The notes beneath the pieces were generated by a model. The model made no database searches. It saw only the letters and a list, made by a program, of their open reading frames with translations, and was not told where the DNA came from. A DNA stretch of 64,000 bases from sequence record SRR22947725_4314. The stretch is one strand, 5' to 3'. The position numbers and the translations under genes were made by a program. Positions 46,115 to 56,150 of the stretch are shown here, piece after piece (position 1 is the first letter of the stretch; each line of letters opens with the position of its first letter).

Positions 46115-48841
46115 TCAGATGATGAACGGGTCGATGGCGTCGGGGTCGATGTCGTAGCGCCGGATCGCGTCATCGACGACGGAGGCGTCAACGGCACCAT
46201 CACGGAACAAGCCGGACAGCACTGCGACGACGACGTGGCCGGTGTCGATCTCGAAGTGGCGACGGAGGGCATCGCGTGTGTCCGACCGACCCATCCCGTC
46301 CGTACCGAGCGGAATGAAGGTTCGACCCGGGAGGAAGCGAAGCACCTGTTCAGGCACTGACACCATGAAGTCCGAGACGGCCGTGATGGGGCCTTGCGCA
46401 TCGGCGAGGATCTGAGTGATTCGAGGCACACGTTGTTCGCCCGAAGGATGCAGCCGATTGTGACGCTCGGCGGAGAGTCCCTCCTCGCGCAGCGCCTTGT
46501 ACGACGTGGCCGACCAGAGTTCGGCCCCGACCCCGTAATGCTCAGCGAGCTCGTTGACCGCTTCGCGGGCAGCGCCCTGAGCGGACCCGGAGAACATGAT
46601 TGTTGCCGGCTTCAGGCCTTCACCACCGGGAGCGTCAGCCCATTTGTAGAGACCCTCGACGATTGCTTCGGCAATGCCCTCGCGGTCGGGGAGTTCTGGC
46701 ATCTCGTAGTTCTCGTTGTACAGGGTGATGTAATAGAAAACATCGGTCTCGTCGGGCGTGCCGCCGCCATACATCCGCTTGATGCCAGCATCGACAATGG
46801 CACCAACTTCATAGGCAAAAGCGGGGTCGTATGCCTGCACCGCGGGCACGGTCGAGGCGAGCACAAGGCTGTGGCCGTCTTGATGCTGGAGCCCTTCACC
46901 CATCAACGTGGTGCGGCCAGCGGTGGCGCCCATCAGAAAGCCGCGAGTGCGCATGTCGGCGGCCTGCCAAATGAGGTCGCCCACACGCTGGAAACCGAAC
47001 ATCGAATAGAACGTGTAGAACGGAATCATCGGTACACCGCGAGTGGCGTAGCTCGTGCCTGCGGCGATGAAACTCGACATGGCTCCAGCCTCGGTGATGC
47101 CCTCTTCGAGGATCTGGCCTTTCTTGGACTCAGCGTATGAGAGCAGAAGATCGTGATCGACCGGCTCGTACTTCTGGCCCTGCGATGCGTAGATACCGAT
47201 CTCTCGGAACAGCGAATCCATGCCAAAGGTACGTGCCTCATCGGGGATGATGGGGACGATGCGACTGCCGACATGCTCGTCGCGGGTCAGGCTGCGCAGC
47301 AGACGGGTGAAGCCCATCGTGGTCGAGACCTCTTGGCCGTTCGAGCCGGCCCACATCTCCTTGTACGTCGCCGGGTCGGGGAGTGACATCGGCTTGCGCA
47401 CGTGTGTGGTGCGCTGCGGGACCGAACCGTCGAGCGCCTTGCGGCGTTCCATCATGTACTGGTATTCGATCGAGTCGGGACCGAGCTTGATGTAGGGCGG
47501 GTTCTTGTCGTCGACGAGGTGCTCTGGGATCTCCTCGTGCAGATGCAAACGGTCGCGCATCTCGAGCAACTGCTTCTTGGTCATCTTCTTGATCTGGTGC
47601 GTCGAGTTGCGACCTTCGAAGCCCTCACCAAGTGTCCAGCCCTTGACCGTCTTGGCCAAGATCACGGTCGGACGGCCCGAACCGAGATTGTCGGTGGCGG
47701 CCTTGTAGGCGGCGTAGAGCTTGCGGTAGTCGTGGCCGCCGCGCGGCAGGTTGCGGAGTTCGTCATCGGACAGATGCGACACCATCTGACGGAGGCGGTC
47801 GTCAGGGCCAAAGAAGTGATCACGGGCGTAGCTGCCTGGTTCGACGGCGTAGCGCTGATACTCCCCGTCGACCGTCGTGTTCATCTTGTTGAGGAGCACA
47901 CCGTCTTTGTCTTGGGCGAGCAAGTCGTCCCACTTCGATCCCCAGACGACCTTGATGACGTTCCACCCCGCACCACGGAAGGTCGCCTCGAGTTCCTGAA
48001 TGACCTTGCCATTTCCCCGCACCGGACCGTCGAGACGCTGCAGGTTGCAGTTGACGACAAACACAAGGTTGTCGAGCTGCTCGCGAGAGGCCAACGAAAT
48101 GGCTCCGAGCGTTTCGGGCTCGTCGCACTCGCCGTCGCCGAGGAAGGCCCAGACGCGGCTGCCGGAGGTGTCATCGATTTCGCGGTTTTGGAGGTACCGG
48201 TTGTAGCGGGCTTGGTACAGCGCCGTCAACGAGCCGAGGCCCATCGACACCGTGGGAAACTCCCAAAAGTCAGGCATCAATCGCGGGTGGGGGTACGAGC
48301 TGAGGCCGCGACCGTCCCGGCCGAGTTCGCGGCGGAAATGGTCCAGATCGTCTTCGGTCAGTCGGCCTTCGAGGAAGGCGCGTGCGTAGACGCCGGGTGC
48401 AGCATGGCCTTGGAAGTACACGTGGTCGCCGGGTGTGCCATCGTCTTTGCCGCGAAAGAAGTGGTTGAACCCGATTTCATACAGTGCAGCGGAGCTCGCA
48501 AACGTCGAGAGGTGGCCGCCGATGCCGTCGGCGGCCTTGTTGGCCTTGACGACCATCGCTGCGGCGTTCCATCGGATGAAGGCTCGGATGCGTCGTTCGA
48601 TGTGTTCATCACCCGGGAACCACGGCTCTTCGTCGCGCGGGATTGTGTTGACGTACGGAGTCGACACGGTGGCCGGGAACGAGACCTGACTGGCCCGGGC
48701 CCGTTCCATGAGCCGCGACAGGAGATACCGCGCTCGGTTCTTGCCGTGGACATCGACGACGGCATCGAGGCTGTCGAGCCATTCCTCGGTCTCGACCGGA
48801 TCGATATCGGGCAGCTGATGTACGTGGCCGTCGAAAATCAT
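46115..48841 (-). CDS. aceE: Pyruvate dehydrogenase E1, homodimeric
   Basis: DIDPVETEEW, GGHLSTFAS, SYPHP, GDGE..E...NCNLQRLD, GEGLQHQDG. Confidence 0.97.
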   Translation of the reverse strand: MIFDGHVHQLPDIDPVETEEWLDSLDAVVDVHGKNRARYLLSRLMERARASQVSFPATVSTPYVNTIPRDEEPWFPGDEHIERRIRAFIRWNAAAMVVKANKAADGIGGHLSTFASSAALYEIGFNHFFRGKDDGTPGDHVYFQGHAAPGVYARAFLEGRLTEDDLDHFRRELGRDGRGLSSYPHPRLMPDFWEFPTVSMGLGSLTALYQARYNRYLQNREIDDTSGSRVWAFLGDGECDEPETLGAISLASREQLDNLVFVVNCNLQRLDGPVRGNGKVIQELEATFRGAGWNVIKVVWGSKWDDLLAQDKDGVLLNKMNTTVDGEYQRYAVEPGSYARDHFFGPDDRLRQMVSHLSDDELRNLPRGGHDYRKLYAAYKAATDNLGSGRPTVILAKTVKGWTLGEGFEGRNSTHQIKKMTKKQLLEMRDRLHLHEEIPEHLVDDKNPPYIKLGPDSIEYQYMMERRKALDGSVPQRTTHVRKPMSLPDPATYKEMWAGSNGQEVSTTMGFTRLLRSLTRDEHVGSRIVPIIPDEARTFGMDSLFREIGIYASQGQKYEPVDHDLLLSYAESKKGQILEEGITEAGAMSSFIAAGTSYATRGVPMIPFYTFYSMFGFQRVGDLIWQAADMRTRGFLMGATAGRTTLMGEGLQHQDGHSLVLASTVPAVQAYDPAFAYEVGAIVDAGIKRMYGGGTPDETDVFYYITLYNENYEMPELPDREGIAEAIVEGLYKWADAPGGEGLKPATIMFSGSAQGAAREAVNELAEHYGVGAELWSATSYKALREEGLSAERHNRLHPSGEQRVPRITQILADAQGPITAVSDFMVSVPEQVLRFLPGRTFIPLGTDGMGRSDTRDALRRHFEIDTGHVVVAVLSGLFRDGAVDASVVDDAIRRYDIDPDAIDPFII

Positions 48842-48929
48842 ACGAGTGCCATTGTCGCAGGGTTACCGCGCGGTACGCGACGGGTGATCGAAAGTGTTCA
48901 CACTGACGTGGACACATGCCCCGGGGAGG

Positions 48930-49667
48930 TCAGGTGGGGCCGAGAGGGGTGGCGGCTGCGAGCCCCGGGCCTGGTGGCCGTGGGCCGAGCGGGTCGGCGA
49001 GGAGCGCCGAGATTCGATCGATGTACATCTGTGTGAACACCTTGACGCCCGTGAAGGTCTGGTGCACATGGTCGACAAACCAGTCAGGTCGTGATGCCGA
49101 GAGGTCGTGCCATCGAATGAGGGCGATGTACGGATCCCGCGCAGCCCTGATTCCGATCGCAGTGTTGAACCAGCGTGAGGCATCCCACTGGCTGCGGTTG
49201 GCCACGGTGACCCAAGCAATTGGAACACCAGGACCGATCTCGGCGAGGAGTTGATCGATGATCTTGCCATCGAACGCAATGGGGTCAGGGCACCTGCAGT
49301 TGTCGACGACACCCAAGTCGTTGGTGCCCAACTGGATGACCCAGAGTGCAGGTGAAACGCCGGCCGCCTTGAGTGACCGCACCCGTGCGACACCGGAGTC
49401 GCGACGTCCCAGGAAGTTGAACGACACAGCGATGCGCCGGGCACTGAGCCCTTCGACCCGAACATTCAGCCCAGCGTTGCGCAGGGTTGGCCTGATGTAA
49501 TCGACGTTTCGGCCGGTCAGGGAATCACCAACGATCACGGCGTCGGGTTGGCCTGGCGCAGCAGCGGCTTGCCGGCTAGCGCTGAGCGGTGCGATTCCCG
49601 CCAGGAGCGCTGCAGCGACGAAGCAGGAGACGGCGACGAGTATCCGCCGTGGCTAATTCGCCATCAT
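48930..49667 (-). CDS. Secreted SGNH/GDSL hydrolase; in-frame TAG at codon 5 (possible pseudogene)
   Basis: GDSL, QLGTND, DHVH; upstream in frame reads MMAN*PRRILVAVSCFVAAALLAG (signal peptide). Confidence 0.7.
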
Positions 49668-49721
49668 CAATCCGCTGCGCATCACCGGTGATCTTATGGC
49701 GCACGCCGTAGCGTTGGATCG

Positions 49722-50171
49722 ATGCAGCGACTCGAGATATACACCGACGGTGCGTGTCAGGGAAACCCTGGACCGGGCGGTTGGGGCTGGGCGGTGGCAC
49801 CAGAAGGACAACCCTGCGGGTCAGGTGGTGACCCCGACTCAACGAACCAGCGGATGGAGGTGTACGCAGTGATTGACGCACTGCGCACCTACTCCACGGT
49901 GGCCGACGAACACGGCGCCCCGCTCCCGATTGAGATCGTGTCCGACTCGACCTACGTGGTCAACTGTTTCCGCGACAAGTGGTGGGTCAAGTGGGAGCGC
50001 AACGGCTGGAAAAATGCCAAGAAGCAACCAGTTGCCAACGAAGACCTCTGGAAGCCATTGATCGAGCTCGTCAAGTCAAGCGACGTCACGTTCCGGTGGG
50101 TGAAGGGTCATAGTGGCGACCGAATGAACGATCTCGTTGACGCACTCGCCGTCGCAGCAGTTCCGCGCTGA
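49722..50171 (+). CDS. rnhA: Ribonuclease HI
   Basis: YTDGACQGNPGPGGWG, TNQRME, SDSTYV, WVKGHSG..N..VD. Confidence 0.96.
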   Translation: MQRLEIYTDGACQGNPGPGGWGWAVAPEGQPCGSGGDPDSTNQRMEVYAVIDALRTYSTVADEHGAPLPIEIVSDSTYVVNCFRDKWWVKWERNGWKNAKKQPVANEDLWKPLIELVKSSDVTFRWVKGHSGDRMNDLVDALAVAAVPR

Positions 50172-50214
50172 CTCCGGCAGGTGCAGGGCCTCACAACGCA
50201 GCTACGAACCTTGA

Positions 50215-50245
50215 CTCGAGCTTGAGGGTTCTCCTCAAGCTCGGG
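50215..50245 (+). terminator. Hairpin downstream of rnhA
   Basis: CGAGCTTGAGG-GTTCT-CCTCAAGCTCG perfect 11-bp stem. Confidence 0.5.
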
Positions 50246-50322
50246 GCGTCTGATGTCGATACTCATAATAGATGACGGAGATGACGCCGTTCGGGCGTCT
50301 CTGAATATTACGGTTCGGTGAT

Positions 50323-53300
50323 ATGCGTACGATGAGATGGAGTCGACTGGGCACGGCGCTGGCGATTGTCGCTGGCACCCTGGCACTGGGTGCGCCCGGT
50401 TCGCCGACCCCATCTGTCAGCGCTGCTCCAAACGACATCATCGCCGTTGTCATCGACGGTACGGGCTACGGACATGGGCGCGGCATGAGCCAGTGGGGCG
50501 CCTATGGCTATGCGGTGGACCACGGGTGGGACTGGAATCAGATCCTCGGCCACTACTACGGCGGAACCGATTCGAGCACCGTGCCCTCGGGGCAACGCAT
50601 TCGCGTGCGGCTCACGGGCCTCGATGGGGCCGGAACCGTGGGAGTCGTGTCCTATGGCTCGCCGATCAACTGGAAGGGCTTTACCCGCGCCTCGATGTAC
50701 GCGGAGGAGACATCCACGCCCGGCGCGTTCAGGGTCTACGGATCGACCGCACGGTCGTGCCCTGGCCAATCGACGCTGACCGTTCCGTCCGGCCTGCCGG
50801 AGATCGCGAAGGGCTCGCCGGACAGCGGCGCGGTGAACCAGATTCAGACCTTCCTCAAGCAGTACCAGTCGACGGTCATTGCCGTCGACGGCGACTTCGG
50901 CAACCAGACTCGCGGATACCTGATCGACTGGCAGAACGCCCAAAGCCTGACCGTCGACGGCATCTGGAACCCTGAGGACGCAGCTCGAGCTCGGTCGATC
51001 ATCGATGCGGACTCTGGTGGGGGTTTCACCTTGCTTGGCACCGCGACCACAAGCGCCGGCAACCCGCTCAGCTTCACGATCGCCAACGGCGACACGTCCT
51101 CGATTGCGCCGAATCAGACAATCGGACTGTGCGCGCGAGACCGGACGATCACGCACTACCGCGGCAGCATCGACGTACTGAACATGTCATCCGGGAACCG
51201 GGTCGTCAATGACGTGAAGGTCGAGGACTACCTGCGTGGCGTGCTACCGAAGGAAATCTCCGCCTCGTGGGCGAACGCCGGGGGAGGGGCGGGTGTCAAC
51301 GCTGTGCGAGCCCAGGCCGTTGCTGCCCGCTCATACGGACTGCAGCAGGCGCGCAGCTACTTCTACGACGGTTCGTCGGCGCGCTACGCCACCACCTGCG
51401 ATACAACCTCGTGTCAGGTTTATGGCGGTGCAGCTCGCCGGTCAACTGCGTCCGGTTCGTCCACATCAGTCGAGCATGTCCTCACCGATGCCGCTGCGGC
51501 AGCAACGGCCAATGTCGTCCGCCGCTGGCCGAGCGGGCATTCCAAGGGTGGACAAATCGTTTCGACCGAGTTCTCTGCGTCGAACGGTCCACGTACGGCG
51601 GGCGGCGAATTCCCACCCGTCGATGACATCGGCGACGACACGATTTCCAACCCGAACCATCGTTGGACTCGGGTCATTGACGCTGACACCCTCGAGTCGA
51701 GATACGGCCTCGGGCAAATCACCTCGGCGGCGATGACTGAGGCAGCGCAAAGCCAATATCGGAGCTACGACGGCATCTGGTTTAACGACATCGTGCTCAC
51801 TGGCACAAGAGATACCGAACGGATGCAGGCGTGGGACTTCCGCCGCAGCTTCAACCTGCCGTCGCCGGGTTTCACCGTGCGGGTCATTCGCGAGAACACC
51901 ACATTGAAATCCTTCGGGATGATCGGCGACTCGGTGGGGGAGAGCATTGCTGCTGGCGGGACCTCTGAATTCAACCGACTGATCGACGGAACATTCGCAT
52001 CTGCGACGATCAGTACACGGGTGGGCCGATGCACGACACGTGTGTCCTGCCCCGGAACCAGCGGTGTCGAACAGGCGGCATTGCTGCCGACAGGCCTTGA
52101 CCTGGTCATCGTCGAACTTGGCTACAACGACATCGCCAGCACGTTCGCCTCGGACATTGACGCCATGATGAACGCGCTCACTGCTCGGGGAGTAGCGCGC
52201 GTTGCCTGGGTCAACATGGCCGACATTCGAACAACTTCGAAGGGTTCGACGTATGGCCCGATGAATGCTCAACTCTCGGCTGCCGAATCCCGATGGTCGA
52301 CGCTCATGGTTCTGGACTGGAACGCAGCGAGTGCCAGCGGCGAGGCCCGGGCCCGCTGGTTCGCTGACGGCGTGCATCTGACGACCACCGGCCAAGCCGA
52401 ATTCGCCCTTTGGCTGCGTGAGGCGGCCCTGGACCTGACCCCGAGCCATTTCCTCGCCCCGCCCAGGAAGCTTCGGATCCCGGTCGTTGGTCGGGAGCTG
52501 AAGACTCCCACCGGAGGGCCGATCACCGTCCCGGCGACGGCATCCGCGGTCGCATTGAATGTCACCAGTGTGAACACATCGGGCGACGGCTACGTCACCG
52601 TCTGGCCGTGCGAGACGGAACGGCGCGTCACAGCGAACCTCAACATGTATCGCGGCAAGATCATCGGCAACAACGTGATTGCATCGATCGACTCGGCCGG
52701 GGAGATCTGCCTCTGGTCAAGCGTCGGGACCGACCTGGTCGTCGACGTGACCGGGTGGTTCGATGACTCCGGATCGACCTCGCCCTACGAATCGGTGAGC
52801 CCGCAACGGATTGTTGACTCGCGCGAAGGGTACGGGGCGCCCCAGCGCAAGCTGAGTCCAGGGGCGCCGCTCGTCATCGATGTCGTCGGACGTAGGGCCA
52901 CGCGATCTGATGGTTCGACCGCCACCGTTCCCGACGGAGTGAGCAGCGTCGTAATCAATCTGGCGGCCGTGAACGCTGTCGGGCCTGGGTTCTTCACTGT
53001 CTGGCCGTGTGCGGTCGACCGTGCAGTCACCGCCAGCCTGAACTACCGAGTGGGTTCGGCTGTGTCGAACGGTTTCCTCGCTGCCGTGGACGACAATGGT
53101 CAGGTTTGTGTGTACTCAGAAGTTGATGCTGACATCGTCATTGACCTGCAGGGGTGGTTCGGTCCAACCGATCCGGCGTTCTCCGCCAGCGACCCGTATC
53201 GACTCGTCGACACGCGGATCGGGCGCGGAGCCCCCCAACAGCGGGTGGTAGAGAGCGCCCCGCTCGAGGTGCCGATCCGGGGCATCACGGTTCCGGTGAA

Positions 53301-53625
53301 TGGCCGCAATGTCACTGTTCCAGATGGGGCCGTCGCCGCAGTCATCAACGTTGTCGCGACCGAGCCGGTGGGTGATGGCTACTTCACTGTGTGGGGGTGC
53401 GATGGTGCGTCGCCCCTCACGTCGAGCCTGAACTATGGGCAGGGAGCCACAGTTGCCAACGGGGTGATTGCGCCCGTTGGACCCGACGGCTCAATTTGTA
53501 TCTATACGAAGGCTTCGAGCCATGTCGTGGTCGATATCGCCGGTTGGGTGACCGACGGCTTAGTCGCTGTTACGCCGGAACGATTTGTCGACACCCGCTA
53601 CGCAATTGGGCCCGCTCCGACCTGA
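50323..53625 (+). CDS. Secreted SpoIID/LytB-domain protein with peptidoglycan-binding insert, SGNH domain and three C-terminal beta repeats
   Basis: Signal peptide; GYGHGRGMSQWGA, EDYLRGVLPKE, AQAVAARSY, CQVY; VDG.FG..T; GDS/GYND/DGVH; three NV...G..TVW.C...LN...N...G.IC repeats. Confidence 0.88.
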   Translation: MRTMRWSRLGTALAIVAGTLALGAPGSPTPSVSAAPNDIIAVVIDGTGYGHGRGMSQWGAYGYAVDHGWDWNQILGHYYGGTDSSTVPSGQRIRVRLTGLDGAGTVGVVSYGSPINWKGFTRASMYAEETSTPGAFRVYGSTARSCPGQSTLTVPSGLPEIAKGSPDSGAVNQIQTFLKQYQSTVIAVDGDFGNQTRGYLIDWQNAQSLTVDGIWNPEDAARARSIIDADSGGGFTLLGTATTSAGNPLSFTIANGDTSSIAPNQTIGLCARDRTITHYRGSIDVLNMSSGNRVVNDVKVEDYLRGVLPKEISASWANAGGGAGVNAVRAQAVAARSYGLQQARSYFYDGSSARYATTCDTTSCQVYGGAARRSTASGSSTSVEHVLTDAAAAATANVVRRWPSGHSKGGQIVSTEFSASNGPRTAGGEFPPVDDIGDDTISNPNHRWTRVIDADTLESRYGLGQITSAAMTEAAQSQYRSYDGIWFNDIVLTGTRDTERMQAWDFRRSFNLPSPGFTVRVIRENTTLKSFGMIGDSVGESIAAGGTSEFNRLIDGTFASATISTRVGRCTTRVSCPGTSGVEQAALLPTGLDLVIVELGYNDIASTFASDIDAMMNALTARGVARVAWVNMADIRTTSKGSTYGPMNAQLSAAESRWSTLMVLDWNAASASGEARARWFADGVHLTTTGQAEFALWLREAALDLTPSHFLAPPRKLRIPVVGRELKTPTGGPITVPATASAVALNVTSVNTSGDGYVTVWPCETERRVTANLNMYRGKIIGNNVIASIDSAGEICLWSSVGTDLVVDVTGWFDDSGSTSPYESVSPQRIVDSREGYGAPQRKLSPGAPLVIDVVGRRATRSDGSTATVPDGVSSVVINLAAVNAVGPGFFTVWPCAVDRAVTASLNYRVGSAVSNGFLAAVDDNGQVCVYSEVDADIVIDLQGWFGPTDPAFSASDPYRLVDTRIGRGAPQQRVVESAPLEVPIRGITVPVNGRNVTVPDGAVAAVINVVATEPVGDGYFTVWGCDGASPLTSSLNYGQGATVANGVIAPVGPDGSICIYTKASSHVVVDIAGWVTDGLVAVTPERFVDTRYAIGPAPT

Positions 53626-53710
53626 GTAACGGAGCGGCCGGACCTGATTGCGGTGTGCCCGATGGCCCAGAATTGCTGGCAGTCGACTCTGTCGGAATAG
53701 TTTCCTGTGT

Positions 53711-54487
53711 ATGGACATTTCTGGAGCAAGTGCAATCGTCACCGGCGGAGCGTCGGGCATCGGGGCCGCGTCGGCACGCATGTTGGCCGCCCGCGGCGCC
53801 AAGGTCGTCATCGCTGACCTGAACGAAGAGGCCGGCAACGCCCTCGCCGACGAGATCGGCGGCGCTTTCGCCAAGGTCGACGTCACCAACACCGACGACA
53901 TCATCGAGGCCGTCGAGATGGCCAAGTCGATGGGCCCCGTTCGGGTGCTCGTCAACTCGGCCGGAATCGGCTGGGCGCAACGCACGATTGGTCGTGACGG
54001 CACGGTCGAATCGGCGGCGAATCTCGACGCATTCAAGAAGGTCATCGCCATCAACCTGATCGGCTCGTTCGATGCCATCCGCATCGCCGCTACGGCGATG
54101 AGCACCACTGAGCCAATGGAGCACGGCGAGCGCGGCGCGATTGTCAACATCGCCTCCGTCGCAGCGTTTGACGGCCAGATTGGGCAGGCCAGCTACTCCG
54201 CATCGAAGGGCGGTGTCGTTGGCATGACCCTCCCGATCGCGCGCGACCTGTCCGCCTCGGGCATCCGCGTCAACACGGTTGCACCCGGCCTCATCGACAC
54301 GCCGATCTACGGCGAGGGCGAAGACAGCGAAGCGTTCAAAGAGAACCTGCAAAAGGGCGTCCTCTTCCCGAAGCGCCTCGGCGACCCAGAGCAGCTCGCT
54401 TCGATGGTCATCGAGTGCATCACCAACAGCTACATGAACGCGGAATCCATTCGCGTTGACGGTGGCATCCGCATGCCCCCCAAGTGA
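53711..54487 (+). CDS. SDR oxidoreductase (HSD17B10/3-hydroxyacyl-CoA dehydrogenase-like)
   Basis: TGGASGIG, ASVAAFDGQIGQASYSASKGG, MTLPIARDL. Confidence 0.93.
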   Translation: MDISGASAIVTGGASGIGAASARMLAARGAKVVIADLNEEAGNALADEIGGAFAKVDVTNTDDIIEAVEMAKSMGPVRVLVNSAGIGWAQRTIGRDGTVESAANLDAFKKVIAINLIGSFDAIRIAATAMSTTEPMEHGERGAIVNIASVAAFDGQIGQASYSASKGGVVGMTLPIARDLSASGIRVNTVAPGLIDTPIYGEGEDSEAFKENLQKGVLFPKRLGDPEQLASMVIECITNSYMNAESIRVDGGIRMPPK

Positions 54488-54522
54488 CACCCGGCGCCTG
54501 CTCGCTGTCCAGCCGACTGCCT

Positions 54523-54561
54523 GCTCAGTTACGTCGGGGTCGGGACCAGGTGTAACTGAGC
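54523..54561 (+). terminator. Inverted repeat after the SDR gene
   Basis: GCTCAGTTAC-N19-GTAACTGAGC. Confidence 0.4.
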
Positions 54562-54591
54562 GGTGCTACGAGCTGATCGTTTCCGCTTTCG

Positions 54592-54617
54592 GGAACACCT
54601 CGATGGCTTGCAGGGTT
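54592..54617 (+). promoter_or_regulatory. SigR/SigH-type ECF promoter
   Basis: GGAAC-N18-GTT, 9 nt before the ATG at 54627. Confidence 0.6.
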
Positions 54618-54626
54618 GATCAGTCC

Positions 54627-54905
54627 ATGAAAGCTGTGCTGAATGGAACTGTTCTTGCCGAGTCGGACAACACGGTGGTCGTCGAAGGCAACCACTATTT
54701 TCCCGCCGACTCGGTGAAGTCCGAATACCTCACCTCAACCGATCACTCGACGCACTGCCCCTGGAAGGGCGATGCGAGCTACTTCGACATCACCGTCGAT
54801 GGCGCGACGCAGTCGAACGCGGCATGGTGCTACCCGGCGCCGAAGGAGAAAGCGGCCGAGATCAAAGATCACGTCGCCTTCTACAGCGTCGTCTCCGTCG
54901 CGTAG
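54627..54905 (+). CDS. DUF427 protein
   Basis: VVEGNHYFP, CPWKG.ASY, AAW.YP.P, I..HVAF. Confidence 0.9.
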   Translation: MKAVLNGTVLAESDNTVVVEGNHYFPADSVKSEYLTSTDHSTHCPWKGDASYFDITVDGATQSNAAWCYPAPKEKAAEIKDHVAFYSVVSVA

Positions 54906-54926
54906 CCCGCGACCGGTGGGCCCGAC

Positions 54927-56099
54927 TCAGGTGGTGTAGTCGGCGTTGAAGCGGACGTAGGTATCGCTGAGGTCGCAGCCCCAGACGGTGGCAGACCCTG
55001 CGCCGATGCCCAGACTCACATGAATCACCACGTGGTCGCCCGACATGTAGCTCGACAGCTCAGCCAGCGCCGCGTCGTCAAGCTGGCGCGGATAGACCTC
55101 ATCGGATCCAAACCTGATGACGACAGCGTCTTGATCGATGCGCCGATCCTCGGGCTGCTCGCTGCACTTGCCGACGGCCATGGCCACCCGTCCCCAGTTG
55201 GGGTCGCCGCCGTGCACAGCGGTCTTCACCAACGGTGAATTGACGACAGCCTTGGCAACCCGCTTCGCCTGGGCGGTATCGACGGCGCCGTCGACAACGA
55301 CTTCGATCAGTGAGTTTGCTCCCTCGCCATCACGGGCAATCTGCTTGGTCAGGTCAACGGCGACATCGAACAGCGCCGTTTCGAAGGCGGCGAGGTCGAC
55401 GGTTCCCGCTGCGCCCGACGCCATCACGATCGATGAATCGCTCGTCGACGTGTCGGTGTCGATGCTCACGCAATTGAACGTGCGATCGACGACTCGCCTG
55501 AAGATCGCATCGAGATCAGCGGAGTTGATTGCGGCGTCGGTGAAGAGCATCGAGATGTGTGTTGCCATGTCGGGTTCGATCATGCCGACGCCCTTTGCCA
55601 TCCCGATGATGCGTGCCTCGCCACTCGTCGATGGAATGGAGGCCGTTGCCAGCTTGGCGACCGTGTCCGTGGTCATCATGGCGCGCGCTGGGCCGTCGGC
55701 ATCGGTACCGGGCAGCGGCTGCGGGATCGAGACGAGGCCTGCGGTGACTCGATCGATCGGATAGCGACGGCCGATCACGCCGGTCGACGTCAAGATGACG
55801 TCGTTGGGATCGCACCCGACCCGCTCAGCGACGATGTCAGTGACGGTGCCGGCATCGTCGATCCCCGGTTGGCCTGTTGCCACGTTGGCATTCTTCGAGA
55901 TCACCACGACGGCTTGGGCCATGCCGTTGGCGACGTGGCGGCGGCTGATTGTGACGCTGGGTCCGGCGAATCGGCTTTGCGTGAAGACTGCGGCGGTCGG
56001 CACGACAGCATCACAGGCAATCACGACGAAGTCGTCGGTCTCATCCTTGATACCCAGGTTCGTGACGTACGAACGGAACCCCGCAGGAAGATCGGTCAT
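54927..56099 (-). CDS. argJ: Ornithine acetyltransferase (Ntn hydrolase), Oat2-like
   Basis: STGVIG, MTTDT, KGVGMIEPDMAT, DTSTSD, DGEGA, DPNWGR, NADYTT. Confidence 0.93.
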   Translation of the reverse strand: MTDLPAGFRSYVTNLGIKDETDDFVVIACDAVVPTAAVFTQSRFAGPSVTISRRHVANGMAQAVVVISKNANVATGQPGIDDAGTVTDIVAERVGCDPNDVILTSTGVIGRRYPIDRVTAGLVSIPQPLPGTDADGPARAMMTTDTVAKLATASIPSTSGEARIIGMAKGVGMIEPDMATHISMLFTDAAINSADLDAIFRRVVDRTFNCVSIDTDTSTSDSSIVMASGAAGTVDLAAFETALFDVAVDLTKQIARDGEGANSLIEVVVDGAVDTAQAKRVAKAVVNSPLVKTAVHGGDPNWGRVAMAVGKCSEQPEDRRIDQDAVVIRFGSDEVYPRQLDDAALAELSSYMSGDHVVIHVSLGIGAGSATVWGCDLSDTYVRFNADYTT

Positions 56100-56150
56100 G
56101 GCGCCGAGGCTACGAGTTGGAGTGCGATGGTCAGCGGATGATTTGCCGCG

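Noticed and set aside
50215-50245. HspR HAIR or SoxR operator
   Set aside because: Spacing between CTTGAG and CTCAAG is 7 nt rather than the 9 nt of HAIR, and the SoxR match is poor, so I treated it as a hairpin.
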